A stretch of DNA of 64,000 nt from Octopus vulgaris (Eukaryota), in contig OX597841.1 of NCBI GenBank assembly GCA_951406725.2, forward strand, positions 1,302,001-1,366,000, read 5' to 3'. The notes beneath the pieces were generated by a model that was not told the origin of the DNA, did no database searches, and worked only from the letters and a program-made list of their open reading frames with translations. Both the position numbers and the translations under genes were made by a program. Each line of letters opens with the position of its first letter. The first letter of the stretch is position 1. Shown one piece after another: positions 26,480-39,249 of this stretch.

Positions 26480-26890
26480 TACTCTTTTCTCTCTTCTACT
26501 CTTCTACCTGTTTCAGTCATTCCACTGCGGCCATGCTGGAGCGCCGCTCTCCGTCGAGCAAATCGACCCTGGGACCTACTCCCTGCAAGCCCAGCACCCA
26601 TTCTATCGGTCTCCCTTGCCGAACCGCTAAGCAACGGGGACGTAAACACACCAGCATCGGTTGTTCAAACAATGCTAGAGGGACAAACACAGACACACAA
26701 ACACACATATACACACATATATACATATATACGACAGGCTTCTTTCAGTTTCCGTCTACCAAATCCACTCACAAGGCTTTGGTCGGCCCGAGGCTATAGC
26801 AGAAGACACTTGCCCAAGTTGCCACGCAGTGGGACTGAACCCGGAACCATGTGGTTGGTTAGCAGGCTACTTACCACACAGCCGCTCCTA
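26480..26890 (-). mobile_element. SINE family A copy with clustered A-to-G (sense) substitutions
   Basis: Aligns end to end with family A; about 17 T>C changes on + within 26481-26645. Confidence 0.9.
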
Positions 26891-27030
26891 CATTCATTCA
26901 CATCATCATCATTGTTGTTGCCATCTTCGTCGTCGTCATCATCATCATCATCACCAGAATCACTACCACCACCACCACGATCATCACCATCATCATTGTC
27001 ATCGTCGTCATCATCATCGTCACCATGCTT

Positions 27031-27083
<53 letters not shown>

Positions 27084-27414
27084 TTCTCTACTACCCACGA
27101 GGGGCTAAACACAGAGGGGAAAAAGCAAGGACAGACAAACGGATTAAGTCGATTAAATGGACCCAGTGCGTAACTGGTACTTAATTTATCGACTCTGAAA
27201 GGATGAACGGCAAAGTCAACCGCAGCGGAATTTGAACACAGAACATAAAGACTTGTGAATGAATATTAGGCAGATGGAAACTGTAGTGTTGTTCATCAGA
27301 AAATGACCAGCAAACATGTTTATAAACAAGAGTGATTTGCTTCATCCTCTTCATGTGCTGCCTCTTCTCGTAAAAAAAAAGAAACAAATAATACAATGTG
27401 GCTGTAGGTTATAA

Positions 27415-27444
27415 CACCCTGGCAACGCCGGGATGCATTGCTAG
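27415..27444 (+). mobile_element. Helitron-type 3' terminus
   Basis: ccctggcaacgccggg hairpin followed by ctag|t. Confidence 0.5.
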
Positions 27445-27571
27445 TATGTTCATATATTTATGTATTTAAATGTATCTGTAACATATACAGTAGATGTATA
27501 AACATGTTCATGCATACACACACACATATACACACTTATATATACATACATATATATAGATGCATATGTAG

Positions 27572-27621
<50 letters not shown>

Positions 27622-27628
27622 TATATGT

Positions 27629-27669
<41 letters not shown>

Positions 27670-27708
27670 GCATATATGTGTGTGTATATGTATATATATG
27701 CATATATG

Positions 27709-27760
<52 letters not shown>

Positions 27761-27792
27761 TATATGTCTTTGTATATATTCACATATATGTA

Positions 27793-27824
<32 letters not shown>

Positions 27825-28126
27825 TGTGTTCACGTGTATACATGTGTGTAAGTGCAACAATGCCATTAGAGTCATACTCTGATACCATGCCAATATCTCA
27901 AAGTGTATCAACGTGAGTGGATGAGGCTGCAATATTTGGTTGAGAGTAAGTGTGTGTGCATGAGTGAAGGGAAGCAGCAACATGAGTGGGATACATATAT
28001 ATATATATATACACATATATATATATACACACATATATATATAGACATATATATATACATACATATATATATATATATATATACACATATATATATATAC
28101 ACATATATATATATAGACATATATAT

Positions 28127-28159
<33 letters not shown>

Positions 28160-28175
28160 AAGAGAGAGAGAAACT

Positions 28176-28223
28176 TATAGATAGATTAGATAGATAGATA
28201 GATAGATAGATAAGATAGATAGG

Positions 28224-28278
<55 letters not shown>

Positions 28279-28500
28279 GTAGATAGATAGATAGGTAGGT
28301 AGGTAGATAGATAGATAGATAGATAGATAGGTAGGTAGGTAGGTAGATAGATAGATGGATAGATAGGTAGATAGATAGGTAGATAAATAGATAGATAGAT
28401 AGATAGATAGATAGGTAGGTAGATAGATAGATGGATAAGTAGATAGATAGATAAGTAGATAGACAGACAGACAGACCTACAGGCAGATAGATAGATAGAC
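28176..28500. repeat. (GATA)n array
   Basis: Directly visible. Confidence 0.95.
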
Positions 28501-29222
28501 AGAGAGACAGACAGTTAGTGAGAAAGTAAGTATGATACATGGACAGAGTGAAGAGGAAAAATGAAGGAAAGAAAAGAGGGGAAGAAAGGGCCAAATATAA
28601 GAAAAATGAGACACACAAAAAAGAAAAAAAGAAAAAATAGGACAGAGAAGAATAATATGAAGTAGCAGTAGTAGTAGTAGTAGTTGTTGTTGTTGTTGTA
28701 GTTGTAGAAGGAGAAGACAAAATATGATTAACTTGTGGAAAAAATTCTTGATGTGTATGTGTGCATGTGTGTGTGTGTGTGTATACATATATATATATAC
28801 ATGTCTACATATGTGTATATATGTGTAAGTATGTATATAAGTATATATAAATATGTAAATATCTATATATATATATATATATGTATACATATATGTATAT
28901 ATACATATACATACATCATCATTACACACACACACACACACACATATATATGTAAATATGTGATATATATATATATATGTATACATAGACACACACACAC
29001 ACATACACACACACACACATACACACACACACACATACACACACACGTGTGCAGAAACTCACACACATTCACTTGCACTCAAACATAACTTACCTCAACC
29101 TCCACCTCTACCACCACTACCACCACCACCACAGCAACATCAGTACCACCACCAATACCATCACCACAACCACCACCTCCACCACCACCACCACCACCAA
29201 TACCATCACTACAACCATTGCC

Positions 29223-29254
<32 letters not shown>

Positions 29255-29554
29255 CACCACCACCACCACCTCCACCACGATCACCACCTCCACCACTACC
29301 ACCACCGACAACAACAACAACAACAACCCACACCATGAAAGCACTGCATTCTGCCACAAACATATGTAAATCTTCTTGCTGAAGACATGTCTGTCTGTGT
29401 GTCTTTGGTCTTAGTGTGTGTCTGTGTGTGTGTGTGTGTGTGTGTGAGTGTGTGTGTGTGTGTGAGTGTGTAGTCCTACCCACCTGTGTAGTTTTCTATT
29501 ATTGGCTGGTGGATAGTCAATCAATAGATTGGTGCCCGAGCAGTTACAAGCATA

Positions 29555-29614
29555 ATCACCACCACCACCACCACCATCATCATCACCATCACCATCACGA
29601 TCTTCGTCATGGTC

Positions 29615-29650
<36 letters not shown>

Positions 29651-29937
29651 CTCGTCATGGACATCATCATCATCACCATCACTATCATCATTATCATCGG
29701 TCGCAGGACATCATCATCATCACCATCACCATCATCATCACCATCACCATCATGTTTGTCATGAACATCATCATCATCACCATCACCATCATCATCATCA
29801 TCATCATGATCTTCGTCATGGACATCATCATCATCACCATCACCATCATCATCATCATCATCATGATCTTCGTCATGGACATCATCATCATCACCATCAC
29901 CATCATCATCATCATCATCATGATCTTCGTCATGGAC

Positions 29938-29984
<47 letters not shown>

Positions 29985-30000
29985 GATCTTCGTCATGGAC

Positions 30001-30032
<32 letters not shown>

Positions 30033-30195
30033 CATGATCTTCGTCATGGACATCATCATCACCATCACCATCATCATGATCATGATCTTCGTCATGGACA
30101 TCATCATCATCATCATCATCATCATCGTCATGGACATCATCATCATCATCATCTTCGTCATGGACATCAGCATCATCATCATCATTGTCATCGTC
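29555..30195. repeat. (CAT)n-derived higher-order minisatellite
   Basis: Recurrent atgatcttcgtcatggac spacer roughly every 50-60 bp. Confidence 0.9.
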
Positions 30196-30968
30196 ATTTT
30201 CAACTTTATCGTAAGTCGTTTGGAGCAGCTCTGGCCGTGTGGAGTGTGGCGTGGTAAGGCAGCCTGCTTTGCATCAACATGAATTCAGGTTCAATCCTAT
30301 TGCATGGCACATGTGGCAAGTGTCTTCTGTTAACCCCCTACGCCAACAACCAAAGACTTGTGAATGAATTTGGTAGAGAGAAACTACATGAAGCCAATCA
30401 TGTGTGTGTATATATATATATATATATAGGCGCAGGAGTGGCTGTGTGGTAAGTAGCTTGTTTACCAACCACATGGTTCTGGCTTCAGTCCCACTGTGTG
30501 GCACCTTGGGCAAGTGTCTTCTACTATAGCCTCAGGCCGACCAAAGCCTTGTGAGTGGTTTTGGTAGACGGAAACTGAAAGAAGCCCGTCGTACATATGT
30601 ATATATATATATATATATATGCGTGTTTGTGTGTCTGTGTTTGTCCCCCCAACATTGCTTGACAACCGATGCTGGTGTGATTATGTCCCTGTTACTTAGC
30701 GGTTCGGCAAAAATCACCGATAGAATAAGTACTGGACTTACAAAAGAATAAGTCCCGAGGTCGATTTGCTCGACTAAAGGCGGTGCTCCAGCATGGCCGC
30801 AGTCAAATGACTGAAACAAGTAAGAAGAAGAAGAAGAAGAAGAAGGATATATAACTTATAAATAAGGGCTAAAGAAAATTATTTCTATATTGAATCAATT
30901 TTGGAATTAATCTCATCATAGATTTTTTCCTCGTCAGTAGAAAATACGAATAGAAATAAATGAAATAC

Positions 30969-31022
<54 letters not shown>

Positions 31023-31164
31023 GCAGGAGTGATTGTGTGGTAAGTAGCTTCCTTACCAACCACATGGTTCCGGGTTCAGTCCCACTGCGTGACACTTTGG
31101 GCAAGTGTCTTCTACTATAGCCTTGGGCCAACCAAAGCCTTGTGAGTGGATTTGGTAGACAGAA

Positions 31165-31465
31165 ACTGAAAATAGCTATCATTCCTGGGGCACCTATGAC
31201 AACAGGTATTGTTTTAGTCCTCAGGTTCTAGATTTTGCCAATTTCTATTTCAAGATCTTTATACTTGCTCAGTTTCTTGACAGATCCGTTTATGTCGATT
31301 GGGGCAGTTGTATCAATGAGGAGGCCTGATTTTTTTCAGAAGTCTTTCAATATAATGTCTGGCCTATTCTCATCTATCTTTCTGTCAGTTTGAACGGTGA
31401 AGTTCCAGAGGAGTGAGATGTGATCATTTTTCAAGTACTGGAGGTGGTATTTGTTCTCACCAGGT
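31165..31465 (-). mobile_element. RLE-type (R4/Dong-like) endonuclease fragment
   Basis: LLWNFTVQTDRKIDENRPDIIL..LLID..KLSKYKDLEIEI..TIPVVIGA. Confidence 0.8.
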
Positions 31466-31672
31466 TTTATCATCATCACCATCATCATCATCGTCGTCGT
31501 CGTCGTCATCATCATCATCATCGTCATCATCATCATCATCATCGTTGTCATCATCATCATCATCATCATCACTGTTCATCATCATCATCACCGTCATCAT
31601 CATCATCATCACCGTCAGCATCATCATCACCGTCATCATCATCATCATCAGATCATCATCATCATCATCATC

Positions 31673-31708
<36 letters not shown>

Positions 31709-31924
31709 GAGTGAGAGAGCAGTGCATGCCATCAAAGTGACACTGGGGTAAAATATACGAAGCCCAATATACCCCTCATGACTACCCGTCTGATAAGGGT
31801 ACACCAGGCACATGCATCACAACCATATGTGCGCGACATGGTGATCTCATATCAAGATAAACAGCGCATGACCTTGCAGGTGGGGCCCAGTTAGAATTTT
31901 CTTCAGGTTGAGTAGCCCATCCCG

Positions 31925-31973
<49 letters not shown>

Positions 31974-32084
31974 CATTTTGTTCAACATGTACAAGTGTAT
32001 GTATATTCATCACTGTTTTTGCCTATTTTATTCAATTTTAGAAAAATGGAAGCATGTCTTTGACAGTTCCAGAGTGTATTGAAC

Positions 32085-32102
32085 TTATCTTGTGCATGAC
32101 TT

Positions 32103-32143
<41 letters not shown>

Positions 32144-32496
32144 GTGTTTGTGTACATGTGTGTGTGTGTATCTTTCTTATTTTTTAATTCTTTTATGCAT
32201 TTCAAGCCTGAAGGTTGTGGCCATGCATATATATGTGTGTGTTTGTGTGTGCGTGCACATGAGTGTGTTTGCACATGTGTGTGTGTGTGTGCATGTGTGT
32301 TTTTTCTTATTTATTATTCTTTTATGCATTTCAGATTGTGGCCCTGCGTGTGTGTGTGTGTGTGTGTGCTCGTGCATGTGTGTATGCATGTGTGTGTGTG
32401 TGTGCGTATGTGTGTTTTTTTCATATTTGTTATTCTTTTATGCATTTCAACCCACAGACTGTGGCCCTGCGTATGTGTGTGTGTGTGCGCTCGTGC

Positions 32497-32528
<32 letters not shown>

Positions 32529-32712
32529 TCGTGCATATGTGTGTGTGTGTGTGTGTGTGCTCGTGCATATGTGTGTGTGTGTGTGTGTGCTCGTGCATGT
32601 GTGTGTGTGTGTATGTGTGTGTGCATGCGTGTTTTTCTTCCTATTCATTATTCTTTTATGCATTTCAGCCCACAGATTGTGGCCCTGCGTATGTGTGTGT
32701 GTGTGTGTGTGT
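32085..32712. repeat. Compound (TG)n minisatellite with four copies of a SINE-tail-like unit
   Basis: attcttttatgcatttca..tgtggcc repeated at about 32187, 32315, 32432 and 32650. Confidence 0.85.
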
Positions 32713-33523
32713 ATATAGGAACATGTTCAAAGAGTTATTTCAGCCAGCTAGAAACACAAAATCTGTAATATTTACTTTTCATTTATTTAATGGGCTAACA
32801 AACTGAAACAGCTTCAAATTTCGTTATTGACATCGTTTTATAGGCAGTCAAGTCTTTTCGCTTTTTGTTCTTACCGAACTAAAAGTCATATAAAACCTGT
32901 TGTAGAGATGTTTCACTTTTTTTCACATCAATACCTAAAATTCACTTCTAGTTTACATTTTTCTGCCTATTTTGAAACTTATATATCATTATTATTATTG
33001 ATTTAAAATTTTGGTACAAGGCCAGCATATTCGCTGTGGCAGGTTGTATGTGAATTATATCAAACCCCGTCTTCCTCTTGTCTTGTAAAGGCATTCACCT
33101 GGAAGGAGTTAAGCCGGTTCCTATTGCGAGTTCATAGGAGCTTCAAAGGATGATCAAAGTCTGTGTAAACAATTCCTGTTTGCATTCGTAAGCCACCATA
33201 CACGTCTGGTGTCAGGTCACCCTCATGTTATGTTTCTTTGCTCCAGGATGCCTGCAGATGCAGTCCAGTGCTATCCAGGAGGCTGCTGCATTCTGGAACA
33301 GACACTGCCTGGAATGCACCATTACCCTCGAGTTAGCCAGGTTGCAGCCCTAGCTCCATCAGTGTCAGATCTGTCCACTTTGGGAGGCCCTTTCCAGGGA
33401 CTCAAAGTCCCCGACAGCATAGCTCTGACACTCACTAGTTTAACTTTCCCACCATGATGAAGTCAAGGGCTGGACTTCGAGGAATGATCAAACCCAGTGC
33501 TCAACCAGTGCCTATTTTATCGA

Positions 33524-33689
33524 CACTAGTGTAGCTGGGGGGGGGGGGGGGGAGCAGTCTGCCCCAGGTGGGACTTTTAACAGGGTGGTACTTTGGGGTT
33601 TGCTGAAGACAATATGTGCTTTTTGTGGTGTTCGGCGGCAGCAAACTGAAGGGCCACCCTGGGCGGCATGCACTCTAGCTACACCAGTG
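33524..33689. mobile_element. hAT-type MITE inserted in a family B SINE
   Basis: TIRs cactagtgtagctgg / ctagctacaccagtg; 8-bp TSD tttatcga (33516-23) / tttattga (33690-97). Confidence 0.8.
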
Positions 33690-34656
33690 TTTATTGAGCC
33701 TGGAAAGAGGAAAAAGGGCAAAATTAACCTCAGTGGGATTTGAACACAAAATGTAAAGACAGACAAAATATCCTTAAGTATCTTGTCTGGCATGTTAATG
33801 CTTCTGCCAAGTCACTGCCTGATACATTGTTCAGTGAGCTGGGGGAATCGTTAGCACGCTGGATGAAATGCTTAGTAGTATGTCATCTGCCATTGCATTC
33901 ATCATCATCATCATTTAACGTCCGTTTTCCATGCTAGCATGGGTTGGACAGTTCAGCTGGGGTCTGGGAAGTCAGGAGGCTGCACCAGGCCCCAGTCTGA
34001 TCTGGCAATGTTTCTATGGCTGGATGCCCTTCCTAATGCCAACCACTCCGAGAGTGTAGTGGGTGCTTTTTACATGCCACCGGCACAGGTGCCAGACAAG
34101 GCTGGCAGACGGCCACGATCGGATGGTGCTTTTTACGTGCCACCAGTACGGGGACCAGACAAAGCTGGCAACGGCCATAGTCGGATGGTGCTTTTTACGT
34201 GCTGAGTTCAAATTCTACTGAGGTCGACTTTGCTTTTCATCTTTCCAGCATCGATAAATTAAGTACCAGTGAAATACGAGTTGATGTAACCAATTACCCA
34301 CCTCCCCCAAACTTCAGGCATTGTGCCTCTAGTAGAAAGGATTATCAAGGTGGTGGGCTGGCGGAATCACAACTGCAATTTCTGTTTGGTTTTTATATTG
34401 ATGTTGATGTACTTGACTCAGTCAACATCAATGCAACACGGAATTTTGTCAGTGAACAGGTCACGGTCTCAAAGCGACGAAAATATTTTGGCAAATTAAA
34501 TTTAAATGTTAAAGTGAATCTAACGGATATTTTGTGTGTTTTAAATGGTTTATAAACACCTTCCACATTGCAATTGTTTATATATATATATGAGTTGCCA
34601 TGATAGATCATTAGCCACTACACACATTTTTTTCTCTCCTTGTTTTTTCTGTGTCC

Positions 34657-34692
34657 CTTTCTGTAGAAGAGCGTAGGCTCGAAACGTAAAAG
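34657..34692 (+). ncRNA. Minimal type I hammerhead motif (CUGUAGA variant)
   Basis: cttt-CTGTAGA-a-GAGCgtagGCTC-GAAA-CG-TA-aaag; palindromic ACGT stem III. Confidence 0.6.
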
Positions 34693-34860
34693 ATTTTTTC
34701 TATTCCTCAGCGTTATACTAATACATCTGTTTGTTTTGTACACCACCTGTCTTCATCTTTGGTTTTTTTCGTAAACTGTCCCTTTATATATATATTATAT
34801 ATATATTATTATCATTACTATATTATTATTATAAATATATATATATATATATATATATTC

Positions 34861-35107
34861 ATAATAATATAAAATACAGTTATAATTAAGGACACAAATT
34901 TCTATGCCTATTTGCTGAAGATAGATGCTAAGTCCATCTAACCACTTCAAAATATCACTTTATAATCATAATTATAATTATATATTATAATACATGTAAA
35001 TTATAAAGTGATATTTTGAAGTGGTTAGATGGACTTAGCATCTATCTTCAGCATATAGGCATAGAAATCTCTGTGCCCTTCATTATAGCTGTATTTTATA
35101 TTATTAT
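34861..35107. repeat. Long inverted repeat, ~105-bp arms
   Basis: gctgaagatagatgctaagtccatctaaccacttcaaaatatcactttataat is mirrored at 35000-35052. Confidence 0.92.
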
Positions 35108-35148
35108 AAATATTTATGTGTATACATGTATGTATGTATGTATGTATG

Positions 35149-35179
<31 letters not shown>

Positions 35180-36224
35180 GTATGTATGTGTATGTATGTG
35201 AGTGAGTATGTGTATATGTGTATGTTTGTGTGTATATGTATGTGAGTGAATATGTGTATGTTTGTGTGTGTTTGTCTCTCCCCCTTCCTATGACAACAGG
35301 TATTAGTTTATTTACATCCCTCTAACTTAGCAGTTCAGCAAAAGAGTCCAATAGAATAGGGACCAGACATTTAAAAAAACAAGAAAAGCAAACAATAAGT
35401 TCTGTGGCTGGTTGATTTGTTCAATTAAACTCCTCGGAGTCATGCCCCCTTGCATGGCCGCAGTCCAATGACTGAAACCGGTGAAAGATAAATGATAAAA
35501 TGATAGAAAAATACCCCCCCCCTTGATCTTTCCTGAAACAGAGTGGGAGGCTAACAAGGTCAGACCTTCCTTCCTGCACATTCTTCAATGAAGGAAAGAG
35601 TAAAGAGTGCCAGTGAGCTGTCATCTTTCTCTTAGTAATTAATTTTCCAAAGAAAAGAAAGCCAAATTTCCCAGTTTCAAGCCTGAATACTGCAACCTTC
35701 TAAATTTGGCAGTGAAGACAACTGACCTAGTCTTTCAAATGATAACAGCAGCCCCACAACCCACCCAAAACAATACACCCTATACGCTTCTCCCCTTTTT
35801 TTCTTCAGACACCTATGCATTCAGTATTCGTTCCTCTTTCCTCTCCAGACATCCACACTCTTGGCATAAACTCCCTGCTTCTTTTCCTTTGTCTTTCATG
35901 TCTTCTGTTTCTTCTCGCTCACAACCATAACACCACAACGTCTTAAATATTTATGAGTTTTTAATTTCCCACTGAATTCTTTGTTAATCATCTACCAATT
36001 AGTCTTTAGTCACCCCACCACCATTCATAACCAGCCTTTATAACTGCTGCCTCTTCTACCACCATTGCTGCTGTTGCTACTACTACTACTACTACTACTA
36101 CTACACCCCCCACTACTACTACCCCACTACCACTACTACTACTACTACTACTACTGCTGCTGCTGCTACTACTACCCCCACCACCACTACAACTACTACT
36201 ACTACTACTACTACTACTACCCCC

Positions 36225-36267
<43 letters not shown>

Positions 36268-36935
36268 TTATCATTTCTGCTACTGCTAACATTCACCATC
36301 TTCATCTATCACCACCACCGCCACTACCACCACCCACCACCGCCACTACTACCACCCACCACCACCACCACCACCACCACAAACAACTACTGCAACCATC
36401 TGTTAAGCATTTTGTCCAACATTATGTTCTGAGTTCAAATTCTGCTCAGAAACAAAGAAAAAAAAAATATGATGGGCTTCACACAGTTTCCACCTAGAAA
36501 ATTCCCTGACATGGCATAGATTGGTGAAGGGCTGTAGGTAGAAGTGACTTGCCTGCCCAAGGTGCCATGCAGAGGGATTGAACCTGACTCCACTTGCATT
36601 ACATAAATTTTGTACTGTTGTCGGTGAGGGATTTGGTTTGCTGCTTCCAATCTTGTTTTTGTGTTTTGTCCGTTTATGTTTTGACTTTGCGCCATGTGAC
36701 TTCTGTTATTTTGTTTGAGCAGTGTTTTTTTTTAACTATCTTTTCGTACGTGTTGAGTGATTGGTGTTATGATGTTTAGGTGTCGAGTTGTGATTGGACG
36801 GAGTGTGCTTTATGAAGGCACTTTTTTAATACAATTGGGTAGACTACATCTTTGCAAATTGTGTGAGGTGTTGGTGTTATGTGGCTCGTAACAACATAAG
36901 GTATGAATTATGTAAGAATATATGAGGCATTTAGT

Positions 36936-37238
36936 GGAGGCACATGGCCTAGTGGTTAGAGCAGCGGACTCGCGGTCGAGTGATCGTGTGTTCGAATCTC
37001 AGACTGGACGATGTGTGTGTTTATGAGCGAAACACCTGAGCTCCATGCGGCTCCTGCTGAAGATAATGGTGAAACTTCTGCTGACTCTTTCGCCACGACT
37101 TTCTCTCACTCTTTCCTCCTGCATCTTGCAGCTCACCTGCGACGAACCGGCGTCCTGTCCAGGCGGGGAACCTATACGCCAAGAAACCGGGAAACCGGCC
37201 CTTATGAGCCAGGCATGGCTCGAGGAGGAACAAACAAA
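36936..37238 (+). mobile_element. SINE family C, full length with 16-bp TSD; partial relative at about 21268-21400
   Basis: tRNA head tggcctagtggttagagcagcggactcgcggtc..gttcgaatc; TSD atatgaggcattt(a/t)gt at 36920-35 and 37239-54. Confidence 0.88.
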
Positions 37239-37937
37239 ATATGAGGCATTTTGTAACAGGGTGTCGTAAGCTCCAGCCTGGCCATTTTTGAGATTTCTTT
37301 GTATATTATTTTCTTTGTCTCAATGTCTAGAATCTAGAATCCGAAAAAGTTGGGAGGAAGAACTAATGAGACTTGCAATATGGGCGAAAATCTGGCTGAA
37401 AAAAATTATACCTCAACACTATTGACATGATGCTTGCTCACCCAAACTTGGAGCAGGGAATACAGTTCTTTATTTAAGAGATGAGGAATTATACTCTTTT
37501 ACTCTTTTACTTGTTTCAGTCATTTGACTGTGGCCATTCTGGAGCACCGCCTTTAATCGAGCAAATCGACCCCAGGACTTATTCTTTGTAAGCCTAGTAC
37601 TTATTCCATCGGTTCCTTTTGCCGAACCGCTAGATTACGAAGACATAAACACACCAGCATCGGTTGTCAAGTGATGTTGGGGGGATAAATACATACACAC
37701 ACATATATATATATATACATATACACGACGAGCTTCTTTCAGTTTCCATCTACCAAATCCTCTCACAAGGCTTTGGTTGGCCCGAGGCTATAGCAGAAGA
37801 CACTTGCCCAAGGTGCCATGCAGTGGGACTGAACCCGGGGTCATGTGGTTCGTAAGCAAGCTACTTACCACACAGCCACTCCTACGTGCATTATTTACAT
37901 TTGACAGATATATTTGTTGTGGTCTTGTTTGTTGTTA

Positions 37938-37979
37938 ATACATCGTTTTGGCTGGTATACTCTCGCCTTCATCAGGTGT
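37938..37979 (-). ncRNA. Decayed minimal hammerhead motif
   Basis: Minus strand reads acac-CTGATGA-a-GGC..GCC-aAAA-cgat-gtat; the G of GAAA and the triplet are mutated. Confidence 0.4.
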
Positions 37980-37999
37980 CTTGGGGAAATTTTGAGCCT

Positions 38000-38078
38000 G
38001 GGTAGTGGTTAAGAGCGCGGGCTACAAACCCCAAGATTCCGAGTTCGATTCCAGGCAGTGACCTGAATAATAATAATG
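38000..38078 (+). mobile_element. Short tRNA-derived SINE with (AAT)n tail
   Basis: tagtggttaagagcgcgggc..gagttcgattcc followed by gaataataataat; no acceptor stem. Confidence 0.55.
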
Positions 38079-38271
38079 TTATACATGTTCGATACAATCG
38101 CTTGCCGGAACACACCCAGCAACCCCTAGGGAAAGTAAAAGTTAAGACATGTTGAAATATAACTGAAAGCTTGCTGAAGGGAAATGGTTCAGGATGATGT
38201 TCATACCAGTAAGCAGGGTCTGCTGATTTTCCAATGTAAATATTGTCCTATCATCTCATGGCAATTTTTAA

Positions 38272-38580
38272 ATAATAATAATAAACGTTGTGTACAGTGC
38301 TCAGGGGCACTACAACTTATCTAAAGTGCATATATAATCAGGTGTAGTTTCGACGGATTTCAGGAAGCATGAGGGCCTTAAACGATGCAGTGTCATGGCA
38401 GTCAACAACTGACGCAGGCAGTTTGTTCCATGCTTCAGCAACTCTGAGCGTGAAGAAATGTTTCCGAAAGTCATGGGAGTTGTGCTGTTTTCTGACTTTG
38501 TAGGCATGTCCACGTGTGTTGGACACATGGAGATCAAAAAGGTGTTCAGTGTTGTTGTTGGTGAGGTGGTTGATAACTTT
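38272..38580 (-). mobile_element. CR1-clade LINE 3' end
   Basis: NTRGHAYKVRK..RKHFFTLRVAEAWNKLPASVV..SFK..MLPEIR, then a (tta)n tail. Confidence 0.85.
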
Positions 38581-39249
38581 GTGGGAGTTGTTTGGATTTG
38601 TTTGTTCTACTGTTTCATTATACATGTCACAGAATCTCCATTTAGGGTCAGTGCAGATTTGGAGAAAATTATCCTGGTAATATCTGGTAAGCAAGCTAGG
38701 GTCTTCTGCCACGACATGAAGCCTTCGGTCTTTGCTTTTAATCTTGAACTCCTCAGCCACTGATGGGTTGTTGCTTGGTCTACATCAGCGTTTTGACTTC
38801 AGAGAATATACTCTCTTTTACTCTCTCTCTCTCTACTCTTTTACTTGTTTCAGTCATTTGACTGTGGCCATGCTGGAGCACCGCCTTTAGTCGAGCAAAT
38901 CGACCCCAGGACTTATTCTTTGTAAACCCAGGACTTATTCTACCGGTCTCTTTTTGCCGAACCGCTAAGTTACGGGGACGTAAACACACCAGCATCGGTT
39001 GTCAAGCGATGTTGGGGGAACAAACACAGACACACAAACATACACACACATACATATATATATACATATATACGATGGGCTTCTTTCAGTTTCCGTCTAC
39101 CAAGTCCACTCACAAGGCTTTGGTCGGCCTGAAGCTATAGTAGAAGACACTAGCCCAAGGTGCCACGCAGTGGGATTGAACCCGGAACCATGTGGTTCAT
39201 AAGCAAGCTACTTACCACACAGCCACTCCTATGCCTATATAATATACTT

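Noticed and set aside
36936-37010. tRNA-like sequence (also 21268-21340 and 38000-38060)
   Set aside because: No intact acceptor stem; these continue into SINE bodies or tails, so they are SINE heads rather than tRNA genes.
38580-38760. N-terminal half of the 140-aa ORF 38338-38760
   Set aside because: Only the C-terminal half has CR1 motifs; the rest is unassignable and probably a chance fusion.
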